Positions 29,500-43,830 of a stretch of 64,000 bases of DNA are shown one piece after another (within the stretch, counting starts at the first letter, position 1; each line of letters starts with the position of its first letter). The stretch is from Eledone cirrhosa. Lineage: Eukaryota. A model generated the notes under the pieces. That model ran no database searches, was not told where the DNA came from, and was given only the letters and a program-made list of their open reading frames with translations. The translations under genes and the position numbers were made by a program. The DNA is taken from the NCBI GenBank assembly GCA_964016885.1, contig OZ024743.1, positions 25,854,001-25,918,000 of the forward strand, written 5' to 3'.

Positions 29500-32460
29500 C
29501 TGGAATACACTTATATCAGTTGACAATACTGTTGTTACTGGAATACACTTATATCAGTTGACATACTGTTGTTACTGGAATACACTTATTTCAGTTAACA
29601 ATACTGTTGTTACTGGAATACACTGATATCAGTTGACAATACTGTTGTTACTGTAATAGACTTATATCAGTTGACAATACTGTTGTTACTGGAATACACA
29701 TATATCAGTTGATAATACTGTTGTTACTGGAAAACACTTATATCAGTTGACAATACTGTTGTTACTGGAATACACTTATATCAGTTGATAATACTCTTGT
29801 TACTGGAATACACTTATATCTGTTGACAATACTGTTGTTACTGGAATACACTTATATCAGTTGATAATACTGTTGTTACTGGAATACACTTATATCAGTT
29901 GACAATACTGTTGTTACTGGAATACACTTATATCCGTTGACAATACTGTTGTTACTGGAATACACTTATATCTGTTGACAAAACTGTTGTTACTGGAATA
30001 CAGTTATATCAGTTGACAATACTGTTGTTACTGGAGTACACTCATATAAGTTGACAATACTGTTGTTACTGGAATACACTTATATCAGTTGACAATAATG
30101 TTGTTACTGGAATACACTCATATCAGTTGACAGTACTGTTGTTACTGGAATACACTTATATCAGTTAATAATACTGTTGTTACTGGAATACACTTATATC
30201 AGTTGACAATACTGTTGTTACTGGAATACACTTATATCAGTTGACAATACTGTTGTTACTGGAATACACTTATCTCAGTTGACAATACTGTTGTTACTGG
30301 AATACACTTATATCAGTTGACAATACTGTTGTTAATGGAATACACTTATATCAGTTGACAATACTGTTGTTACTGGAATACACTTATATCAGTTGACAAT
30401 ACTGTTGTTACTGGAATACACTTATATCAGTTGACAATACTGTTGTTACTGGAATACACTTATATCAGTTGACAATACTGTTGTTACAGGAATACACTTA
30501 TATCAGTTGATAATACTGTTGTTACTGGAATACACTTATTTCAGTTGACAATACTGTTGTTACTGGAATACACTTATATCAGTTGACAATACTGTTGTTA
30601 CTGGAATACATTTATATCAGTTGACAATACTGTTTTTACTGGAATACACTTATATCAGTTGATAATACTATTGTTACTGGAATACACTTATATCAGTTGA
30701 CAAAACTGTTGTTACTGGAATACAGTTATATCAGTTGACAATACTGTTGTTACTGGAATACACTGATATCAGTTGACAATACTGTTGTTACTGTAATAGA
30801 CTTATATCAGTTGACAATACTGTTGTTACTGGAATACACATATATCAGTTGACAATACTGTTGTTACCGGAATACACTTATATCAGTTGATAATACTCTT
30901 GTTACTGGAATACACTTATATCTGTTGACAATACTGTTGTTACTGGAATACACTTATATCAGTTGATAATACTGTTGTTACTGGAATACACTTATATCAG
31001 TTGACAATACTGTTGTTACTGGAATACACTTATATCAGTTGACATACTGTTGTTACTGGAATACACTTATTTCAGTTAACAATACTGTTGTTACTGGAAT
31101 ACACTGATATCAGTTGACAATACTGTTGTTACTGTAATAGACTTATATCAGTTGACAATACTGTTGTTACTGGAATACACATATATCAGTTGATAATACT
31201 GTTGTTACTGGAAAACACTTATATCAGTTGACAATACTGTTGTTACTGGAATACACTTATATCAGTTGATAATACTCTTGTTACTGGAATACACTTATAT
31301 CTGTTGACAATACTGTTGTTACTGGAATACACTTATATCAGTTGATAATACTGTTGTTACTGGAATACACTTATATCAGTTGACAATACTGTTGTTACTG
31401 GAATACACTTATATCCGTTGACAATACTGTTGTTACTGGAATACACTTATATCTGTTGACAAAACTGTTGTTACTGGAATACAGTTATATCAGTTGACAA
31501 TACTGTTGTTACTGGAGTACACTCATATAAGTTGACAATACTGTTGTTACTGGAATACACTTATATCAGTTGACAATAATGTTGTTACTGGAATACACTC
31601 ATATCAGTTGACAGTACTGTTGTTACTGGAATACACTTATATCAGTTAATAATACTGTTGTTACTGGAATACACTTATATCAGTTGACAATACTGTTGTT
31701 ACTGGAATACACTTATATCAGTTGACAATACTGTTGTTACTGGAATACACTTATCTCAGTTGACAATACTGTTGTTACTGGAATACACTTATATCAGTTG
31801 ACAATACTGTTGTTAATGGAATACACTTATATCAGTTGACAATACTGTTGTTACTGGAATACACTTATATCAGTTGACAATACTGTTGTTACTGGAATAC
31901 ACTTATATCAGTTGACAATACTGTTGTTACTGGAATACACTTATATCAGTTGACAATACTGTTGTTACAGGAATACACTTATATCAGTTGATAATACTGT
32001 TGTTACTGGAATACACTTATTTCAGTTGACAATACTGTTGTTACTGGAATACACTTATATCAGTTGACAATACTGTTGTTACTGGAATACATTTATATCA
32101 GTTGACAATACTGTTGTTACTGGAATACACTTATATCAGTTGATAATACTATTGTTACTGGAATACACTTATATCAGTTGACAAAACTGTTGTTACTGGA
32201 ATACAGTTATATCAGTTGACAATACTGTTGTTACTGGAATACACTGATATCAGTTGACAATACTGTTGTTACTGTAATAGACTTATATCAGTTGACAATA
32301 CTGTTGTTACTGGAATACACATATATCAGTTGACAATACTGTTGTTACCGGAATACACTTATATCAGTTGATAATACTCTTGTTACTGGAATACACTTAT
32401 ATCTGTTGACAATACTGTTGTTACTGGAATACACTTATATCAGTTGATAATACTGTTGTT
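29500..32460 (+). repeat. Tandem duplication of a 39-monomer block (period 1,481 bp, 2 copies)
   Basis: GACATACTG 29560/31041, CTGGAGTACACTCATATAAG 30031/31512, TTGTTACCGG 30861/32342. 39x38-1 = 1,481. Confidence 0.92.
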
Positions 32461-35400
32461 ACTGGAATACACTTATATCAGTTGACAATACTGTTGTTAC
32501 TGGAATACACTTATATCTGTTGACAATACTGTTGTTACTGGAATACACTTATATCTGTTGACAAAACTGTTGTTACTGGAATACAGTTATATCAGTTGAC
32601 AATACTGTTGTTACTGGAATACACTCATATAAGTTGACAATACTGTTGTTACTGGAATACACTTATATCAGTTGACAATAATGTTGTTACTGGAATACAC
32701 TTATATCAGTTGACAGTACTGTTGTTACTGGAATACACTTATATCAGTTAATAATACTGTTGTTACTGGAATACACTTATATCAGTTGACAATACTGTTG
32801 TTACTGGAATACACTTATATCAGTTGACAATACTGTTGTTACTGGAATACACTTATCTCAGTTGACAATACTGTTGTTACTGGAATACACTTATATCAGT
32901 TGACAATACTGTTGTTAATGGAATACACTTATATCAGTTGACAATACTGTTGTTACTGGAATACACTTATATCAGTTGACAATACTGTTGTTACTGGAAT
33001 ACACTTATATCAGTTGACAATACTGTTGTTACTGGAATACACTTATATCAGTTGACAATACTGTTGTTACTGGAATACATTTATATCAGTTGACAATACT
33101 GTTGTTACTGGAATACACTTATATCAGTTGATAATACTATTGTTACTGGAATACACTTATATCAGTTGACAATACGGTTGTTACTGGAATACACTTATAT
33201 CAGTTGACAATACTGTTGTCACTGGAATACACTTATTTCAGTTAACAATACTGTTGTTACTGGAATACACTGATATCAGTTGACAATACTGTTGTTACTG
33301 GAATACACATATATCAGTTGATAATACTGTTGTTACTGGAAAACACTTATATCAGTTGACAATACTGTTGTTACTGGAATACACTTATATCTGTTGACAA
33401 AACTGTTGTTACTGGAATACAGTTATATCAGTTGACAATACTGTTGTTACTGGAATACACTCATATAAGTTGACAATACTGTTGTTACTGGAATACACTT
33501 ATATCAGTTGACATGGATGTTGTTACTGGAATACACTTATATCAGTTGACAGTACTGTTGTTACTGGAATACACTTATATCAGTTAATAATACTGTTGTT
33601 ACTGGAATACACTTATATCAGTTGACAATAATGTTGTTACTGGAATACACTTATATCAGTTGACAATACTGTTGTTACTGGAATACACTTATATCAGTTG
33701 ACAATACTGTTGTTACTGGAATACACTTATATCAGTTGACAATACTGTTGTTAATGGAATACACTTATATCAGTTGACAATACTGTTGTTACTGGAATAC
33801 ACTTATATCAGTTGACAATACTGTTGTTACAGGAATACACTTATATCAGTTGACAATACTGTTGTTGGTGGAGTACACTTATTTCAGTTGACAATACTGT
33901 TGTTACTGGAATACACTTATATCAGTTGATAATACTGTTGTTACTGGAATACACTTATATCAGTTGACAATACTGTTGTTACTGGAATACACTTATATCA
34001 GTTGACAATACTGTTGTTACTTCAATACACTTATATCAGTTGACAATACTGTTGTTACTGGAATACACTTATATCAGTTGATAATACTGTTGTTACTGGA
34101 ATACACTTATATCAGTTGACAATACTGTTGTTACTGGAATACACTTATATCAGTTGACAATACTGTTGTTACTGGAATACACTTATATCAGTTGACAATA
34201 CTCTTATTACTGGAATACACTTATATCAGTTGACAATACTGTTGTTACTGGAATACACTTATATCAGTTGACAATACTGTTGTTACTGGAATACACTTAT
34301 ATCAGTTGACAATACTGTTGTTACTGGAATACACTTATATCAGTTGATAATACTGTTGTTAATGGAATACACTTATATCAGTTGACAATACTGTTGTTAC
34401 TGGAATACACTTATATCAGTTGATAATACTGTTGTTACTGGAATACACTTATTTCAGTTGACAATACTGTTGTTACTGGAATACACTTATATCAGTTGAC
34501 AATACTGTTGTTACTAGAATACATTTATATCAGTTGACAATACTGTTGTTACTGGAATACACTTATATCAGTTGATAATACTGTTGTTACTGGAATACAC
34601 TTATATCAGTTGACAATACTGTTGTTACTGGAATACACTTATATCAGTTGACATACTGTTGTTACTGGAATACACTTATTTCAGTTAACAATACTGTTGT
34701 TACTGGAATACACTGATATCAGTTGACAATACTGTTGTTACTGTAATAGACTTATATCAGTTGACAATACTGTTGTTACTGGAATACACATATATCAGTT
34801 GATAATACTGTTGTTACTGGAAAACACTTATATCAGTTGACAATACTGTTGTTACTGGAATACACTTATATCAGTTGATAATACTCTTGTTACTGGAATA
34901 CACTTATATCTGTTGACAATACTGTTGTTACTGGAATACACTTATATCAGTTGATAATACTGTTGTTACTGGAATACACTTATATCAGTTGACAATACTG
35001 TTGTTACTGGAATACACTTATATCTGTTGACAATACTGTTGTTACTGGAATACACTTATATCTGTTGACAAAACTGTTGTTACTGGAATACAGTTATATC
35101 AGTTGACAATACTGTTGTTACTGGAATACACTCATATAAGTTGACAATACTGTTGTTACTGGAATACACTTATATCAGTTGACAATAATGTTGTTACTGG
35201 AATACACTTATATCAGTTGACAGTACTGTTGTTACTGGAATAAACTTATATCAGTTAATAATACTGTTGTTACTGGAATACACTTATATCAGTTGACAAT
35301 ACTGTTGTTACTGGAATACACTTATATCAGTTGACAATACTGTTGTTACTGGAATACACTTATCTCAGTTGACAATACTGTTGTTACTGGAATACACTTA

Positions 35401-38400
35401 TATCAGTTGACAATACTGTTGTTACTGGAATACACTTATATCAGTTGACAATACTGTTGTTACTGGAATACACTTATATCAGTTGACAATACTGTTGTTA
35501 CAGGAATACACTTATATCAGTTGATAATACTGTTGTTACTGGAATACACTTATTTCAGTTGACAATACTGTTTTTACTGGAATACACTTATATCAGTTGA
35601 CAATACTGTTGTTACTGGAATACATTTATATCAGTTGACAATACTGTTGTTACTGGAATACACTTATATCAGTTGATAATACTATTGTTACTGGAATACA
35701 CTTATATCAGTTGACAAAACTGTTGTTACTGGAATACAGTTATATCAGTTGACAATACTGTTGTTACTGGAATACACTTATCTCAGTTGACAATACTGTT
35801 GTTACTGGAATACACTTATATCAGTTGACAATACTGTTGTTAATGGAATACACTTATATCAGTTGACAATACTGTTGTTACTGGAATACACTTATATCAG
35901 TTGACAATACTGTTGTTACTGGAATACACTTATATCAGTTGACAATACTGTTGTTACTGGAATACACTTATATCAGTTGACAATACTGTTGTTACAGGAA
36001 TACACTTATATCAGTTGATAATACTGTTGTTACTGGAATACACTTATTTCAGTTGACAATACTGTTGTTACTGGAATACACTTATATCAGTTGACAATAC
36101 TGTTGTTACTGGAATACATTTATATCAGTTGACAATACTGTTGTTACTGGAATACACTTATATCAGTTGATAATACTATTGTTACTGGAATACACTTATA
36201 TCAGTTGACAAAACTGTTGTTACTGGAATACAGTTATATCAGTTGACAATACTGTTGTTACTGGAATACACTGATATCAGTTGACAATACTGTTGTTACT
36301 GTAATAGACTTATATCAGTTGACAATACTGTTGTTACTGGAATACACATATATCAGTTGACAATACTGTTGTTACCGGAATACACTTATATCAGTTGATA
36401 ATACTCTTGTTACTGGAATACACTTATATCTGTTGACAATACTGTTGTTACTGGAATACACTTATATCAGTTGATAATACTGTTGTTACTGGAATACACT
36501 TATATCAGTTGACAATACTGTTGTTACTGGAATACACTTATATCTGTTGACAATACTGTTGTTACTGGAATACACTTATATCTGTTGACAAAACTGTTGT
36601 TACTGGAATACAGTTATATCAGTTGACAATACTGTTGTTACTGGAATACACTCATATAAGTTGACAATACTGTTGTTACTGGAATACACTTATATCAGTT
36701 GACAATAATGTTGTTACTGGAATACACTTATATCAGTTGACAGTACTGTTGTTACTGGAATACACTTATATCAGTTAATAATACTGTTGTTACTGGAATA
36801 CACTTATATCAGTTGACAATACTGTTGTTACTGGAATACACTTATATCAGTTGACAATACTGTTGTTACTGGAATACACTTATCTCAGTTGACAATACTG
36901 TTGTTACTGGAATACACTTATATCAGTTGACAATACTGTTGTTAATGGAATACACTTATATCAGTTGACAATACTGTTGTTACTGGAATACACTTATATC
37001 AGTTGACAATACTGTTGTTACTGGAATACACTTATATCAGTTGACAATACTGTTGTTACTGGAATACACTTATATCAGTTGACAATACTGTTGTTACTGG
37101 AATACATTTATATCAGTTGACAATACTGTTGTTACTGGAATACACTTATATCAGTTGATAATACTATTGTTACTGGAATACACTTATATCAGTTGACAAT
37201 ACGGTTGTTACTGGAATACACTTATATCAGTTGACAATACTGTTGTCACTGGAATACACTTATTTCAGTTAACAATACTGTTGTTACTGGAATACACTGA
37301 TATCAGTTGACAATACTGTTGTTACTGGAATACACATATATCAGTTGATAATACTGTTGTTACTGGAAAACACTTATATCAGTTGACAATACTGTTGTTA
37401 CTGGAATACACTTATATCTGTTGACAAAACTGTTGTTACTGGAATACAGTTATATCAGTTGACAATACTGTTGTTACTGGAATACACTCATATAAGTTGA
37501 CAATACTGTTGTTACTGGAATACACTTATATCAGTTGACATGGATGTTGTTACTGGAATACACTTATATCAGTTGACAGTACTGTTGTTACTGGAATACA
37601 CTTATATCAGTTAATAATACTGTTGTTACTGGAATACACTTATATCAGTTGACAATAATGTTGTTACTGGAATACACTTATATCAGTTGACAATACTGTT
37701 GTTACTGGAATACACTTATATCAGTTGACAATACTGTTGTTACTGGAATACACTTATATCAGTTGACAATACTGTTGTTAATGGAATACACTTATATCAG
37801 TTGACAATACTGTTGTTACTGGAATACACTTATATCAGTTGACAATACTGTTGTTACAGGAATACACTTATATCAGTTGACAATACTGTTGTTGGTGGAG
37901 TACACTTATTTCAGTTGACAATACTGTTGTTACTGGAATACACTTATATCAGTTGATAATACTGTTGTTACTGGAATACACTTATATCAGTTGACAATAC
38001 TGTTGTTACTGGAATACACTTATATCAGTTGACAATACTGTTGTTACTTCAATACACTTATATCAGTTGACAATACTGTTGTTACTGGAATACACTTATA
38101 TCAGTTGATAATACTGTTGTTACTGGAATACACTTATATCAGTTGACAATACTGTTGTTACTGGAATACACTTATATCAGTTGACAATACTGTTGTTACT
38201 GGAATACACTTATATCAGTTGACAATACTCTTATTACTGGAATACACTTATATCAGTTGACAATACTGTTGTTACTGGAATACACTTATATCAGTTGACA
38301 ATACTGTTGTTACTGGAATACACTTATATCAGTTGACAATACTGTTGTTACTGGAATACACTTATATCAGTTGATAATACTGTTGTTAATGGAATACACT

Positions 38401-41400
38401 TATATCAGTTGACAATACTGTTGTTACTGGAATACACTTATATCAGTTGATAATACTGTTGTTACTGGAATACACTTATTTCAGTTGACAATACTGTTGT
38501 TACTGGAATACACTTATATCAGTTGACAATACTGTTGTTACTAGAATACATTTATATCAGTTGACAATACTGTTGTTACTGGAATACACTTATATCAGTT
38601 GATAATACTGTTGTTACTGGAATACACTTATATCAGTTGACAATACTGTTGTTACTGGAATACACTTATATCAGTTGACATACTGTTGTTACTGGAATAC
38701 ACTTATTTCAGTTAACAATACTGTTGTTACTGGAATACACTGATATCAGTTGACAATACTGTTGTTACTGTAATAGACTTATATCAGTTGACAATACTGT
38801 TGTTACTGGAATACACATATATCAGTTGATAATACTGTTGTTACTGGAAAACACTTATATCAGTTGACAATACTGTTGTTACTGGAATACACTTATATCA
38901 GTTGATAATACTCTTGTTACTGGAATACACTTATATCTGTTGACAATACTGTTGTTACTGGAATACACTTATATCAGTTGATAATACTGTTGTTACTGGA
39001 ATACACTTATATCAGTTGACAATACTGTTGTTACTGGAATACACTTATATCTGTTGACAATACTGTTGTTACTGGAATACACTTATATCTGTTGACAAAA
39101 CTGTTGTTACTGGAATACAGTTATATCAGTTGACAATACTGTTGTTACTGGAATACACTCATATAAGTTGACAATACTGTTGTTACTGGAATACACTTAT
39201 ATCAGTTGACAATAATGTTGTTACTGGAATACACTTATATCAGTTGACAGTACTGTTGTTACTGGAATAAACTTATATCAGTTAATAATACTGTTGTTAC
39301 TGGAATACACTTATATCAGTTGACAATACTGTTGTTACTGGAATACACTTATATCAGTTGACAATACTGTTGTTACTGGAATACACTTATCTCAGTTGAC
39401 AATACTGTTGTTACTGGAATACACTTATATCAGTTGACAATACTGTTGTTACTGGAATACACTTATATCAGTTGACAATACTGTTGTTACTGGAATACAC
39501 TTATATCAGTTGACAATACTGTTGTTACAGGAATACACTTATATCAGTTGATAATACTGTTGTTACTGGAATACACTTATTTCAGTTGACAATACTGTTT
39601 TTACTGGAATACACTTATATCAGTTGACAATACTGTTGTTACTGGAATACATTTATATCAGTTGACAATACTGTTGTTACTGGAATACACTTATATCAGT
39701 TGATAATACTATTGTTACTGGAATACACTTATATCAGTTGACAAAACTGTTGTTACTGGAATACAGTTATATCAGTTGACAATACTGTTGTTACTGGAAT
39801 ACACTTATCTCAGTTGACAATACTGTTGTTACTGGAATACACTTATATCAGTTGACAATACTGTTGTTAATGGAATACACTTATATCAGTTGACAATACT
39901 GTTGTTACTGGAATACACTTATATCAGTTGACAATACTGTTGTTACTGGAATACACTTATATCAGTTGACAATACTGTTGTTACTGGAATACACTTATAT
40001 CAGTTGACAATACTGTTGTTACAGGAATACACTTATATCAGTTGATAATACTGTTGTTACTGGAATACACTTATTTCAGTTGACAATACTGTTGTTACTG
40101 GAATACACTTATATCAGTTGACAATACTGTTGTTACTGGAATACATTTATATCAGTTGACAATACTGTTGTTACTGGAATACACTTATATCAGTTGATAA
40201 TACTATTGTTACTGGAATACACTTATATCAGTTGACAAAACTGTTGTTACTGGAATACAGTTATATCAGTTGACAATACTGTTGTTACTGGAATACACTG
40301 ATATCAGTTGACAATACTGTTGTTACTGTAATAGACTTATATCAGTTGACAATACTGTTGTTACTGGAATACACATATATCAGTTGACAATACTGTTGTT
40401 ACCGGAATACACTTATATCAGTTGATAATACTCTTGTTACTGGAATACACTTATATCTGTTGACAATACTGTTGTTACTGGAATACACTTATATCAGTTG
40501 ATAATACTGTTGTTACTGGAATACACTTATATCAGTTGACAATACTGTTGTTACTGGAATACACTTATATCTGTTGACAATACTGTTGTTACTGGAATAC
40601 ACTTATATCTGTTGACAAAACTGTTGTTACTGGAATACAGTTATATCAGTTGACAATACTGTTGTTACTGGAATACACTCATATAAGTTGACAATACTGT
40701 TGTTACTGGAATACACTTATATCAGTTGACAATAATGTTGTTACTGGAATACACTTATATCAGTTGACAGTACTGTTGTTACTGGAATACACTTATATCA
40801 GTTAATAATACTGTTGTTACTGGAATACACTTATATCAGTTGACAATACTGTTGTTACTGGAATACACTTATATCAGTTGACAATACTGTTGTTACTGGA
40901 ATACACTTATCTCAGTTGACAATACTGTTGTTACTGGAATACACTTATATCAGTTGACAATACTGTTGTTAATGGAATACACTTATATCAGTTGACAATA
41001 CTGTTGTTACTGGAATACACTTATATCAGTTGACAATACTGTTGTTACTGGAATACACTTATATCAGTTGACAATACTGTTGTTACTGGAATACACTTAT
41101 ATCAGTTGACAATACTGTTGTTACTGGAATACATTTATATCAGTTGACAATACTGTTGTTACTGGAATACACTTATATCAGTTGATAATACTATTGTTAC
41201 TGGAATACACTTATATCAGTTGACAATACGGTTGTTACTGGAATACACTTATATCAGTTGACAATACTGTTGTCACTGGAATACACTTATTTCAGTTAAC
41301 AATACTGTTGTTACTGGAATACACTGATATCAGTTGACAATACTGTTGTTACTGGAATACACATATATCAGTTGATAATACTGTTGTTACTGGAAAACAC

Positions 41401-43830
41401 TTATATCAGTTGACAATACTGTTGTTACTGGAATACACTTATATCTGTTGACAAAACTGTTGTTACTGGAATACAGTTATATCAGTTGACAATACTGTTG
41501 TTACTGGAATACACTCATATAAGTTGACAATACTGTTGTTACTGGAATACACTTATATCAGTTGACATGGATGTTGTTACTGGAATACACTTATATCAGT
41601 TGACAGTACTGTTGTTACTGGAATACACTTATATCAGTTAATAATACTGTTGTTACTGGAATACACTTATATCAGTTGACAATAATGTTGTTACTGGAAT
41701 ACACTTATATCAGTTGACAATACTGTTGTTACTGGAATACACTTATATCAGTTGACAATACTGTTGTTACTGGAATACACTTATATCAGTTGACAATACT
41801 GTTGTTAATGGAATACACTTATATCAGTTGACAATACTGTTGTTACTGGAATACACTTATATCAGTTGACAATACTGTTGTTACAGGAATACACTTATAT
41901 CAGTTGACAATACTGTTGTTGGTGGAGTACACTTATTTCAGTTGACAATACTGTTGTTACTGGAATACACTTATATCAGTTGATAATACTGTTGTTACTG
42001 GAATACACTTATATCAGTTGACAATACTGTTGTTACTGGAATACACTTATATCAGTTGACAATACTGTTGTTACTTCAATACACTTATATCAGTTGACAA
42101 TACTGTTGTTACTGGAATACACTTATATCAGTTGATAATACTGTTGTTACTGGAATACACTTATATCAGTTGACAATACTGTTGTTACTGGAATACACTT
42201 ATATCAGTTGACAATACTGTTGTTACTGGAATACACTTATATCAGTTGACAATACTCTTATTACTGGAATACACTTATATCAGTTGACAATACTGTTGTT
42301 ACTGGAATACACTTATATCAGTTGACAATACTGTTGTTACTGGAATACACTTATATCAGTTGACAATACTGTTGTTACTGGAATACACTTATATCAGTTG
42401 ATAATACTGTTGTTAATGGAATACACTTATATCAGTTGACAATACTGTTGTTACTGGAATACACTTATATCAGTTGATAATACTGTTGTTACTGGAATAC
42501 ACTTATTTCAGTTGACAATACTGTTGTTACTGGAATACACTTATATCAGTTGACAATACTGTTGTTACTAGAATACATTTATATCAGTTGACAATACTGT
42601 TGTTACTGGAATACACTTATATCAGTTGATAATACTGTTGTTACTGGAATACACTTATATCAGTTGACAATACTGTTGTTACTGGAATACACTTATATCA
42701 GTTGACATACTGTTGTTACTGGAATACACTTATTTCAGTTAACAATACTGTTGTTACTGGAATACACTGATATCAGTTGACAATACTGTTGTTACTGTAA
42801 TAGACTTATATCAGTTGACAATACTGTTGTTACTGGAATACACATATATCAGTTGATAATACTGTTGTTACTGGAAAACACTTATATCAGTTGACAATAC
42901 TGTTGTTACTGGAATACACTTATATCAGTTGATAATACTCTTGTTACTGGAATACACTTATATCTGTTGACAATACTGTTGTTACTGGAATACACTTATA
43001 TCAGTTGATAATACTGTTGTTACTGGAATACACTTATATCAGTTGACAATACTGTTGTTACTGGAATACACTTATATCTGTTGACAATACTGTTGTTACT
43101 GGAATACACTTATATCTGTTGACAAAACTGTTGTTACTGGAATACAGTTATATCAGTTGACAATACTGTTGTTACTGGAATACACTCATATAAGTTGACA
43201 ATACTGTTGTTACTGGAATACACTTATATCAGTTGACAATAATGTTGTTACTGGAATACACTTATATCAGTTGACAGTACTGTTGTTACTGGAATAAACT
43301 TATATCAGTTAATAATACTGTTGTTACTGGAATACACTTATATCAGTTGACAATACTGTTGTTACTGGAATACACTTATATCAGTTGACAATACTGTTGT
43401 TACTGGAATACACTTATCTCAGTTGACAATACTGTTGTTACTGGAATACACTTATATCAGTTGACAATACTGTTGTTACTGGAATACACTTATATCAGTT
43501 GACAATACTGTTGTTACTGGAATACACTTATATCAGTTGACAATATTGTTGTTACAGGAATACACTTATATCAGTTGATAATACTGTTGTTACTGGAATA
43601 CACTTATTTCAGTTGACAATACTGTTGTTACTGGAATACACTTATATCAGTTGACAATACTGTTGTTACTGGAATACATTTATATCAGTTGACAATACTG
43701 TTGTTACTGGAATACACTTATATCAGTTGATAATACTATTGTTACTGGAATACACTTATATCAGTTGACAAAACTGTTGTTACTGGAATACAGTTATATC
43801 AGTTGACAATACTGTTGTTACTGGAATACA
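31750..43830 (+). repeat. Higher-order repeat of 106 monomers (4,027 bp), 3 tandem copies
   Basis: TTACTTCAATAC marker at 34021/38048/42075, GACATGGATG at 33510/37537/41564, TTATCTCAG at 31751/35778. 106x38-1 = 4,027. Confidence 0.95.
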
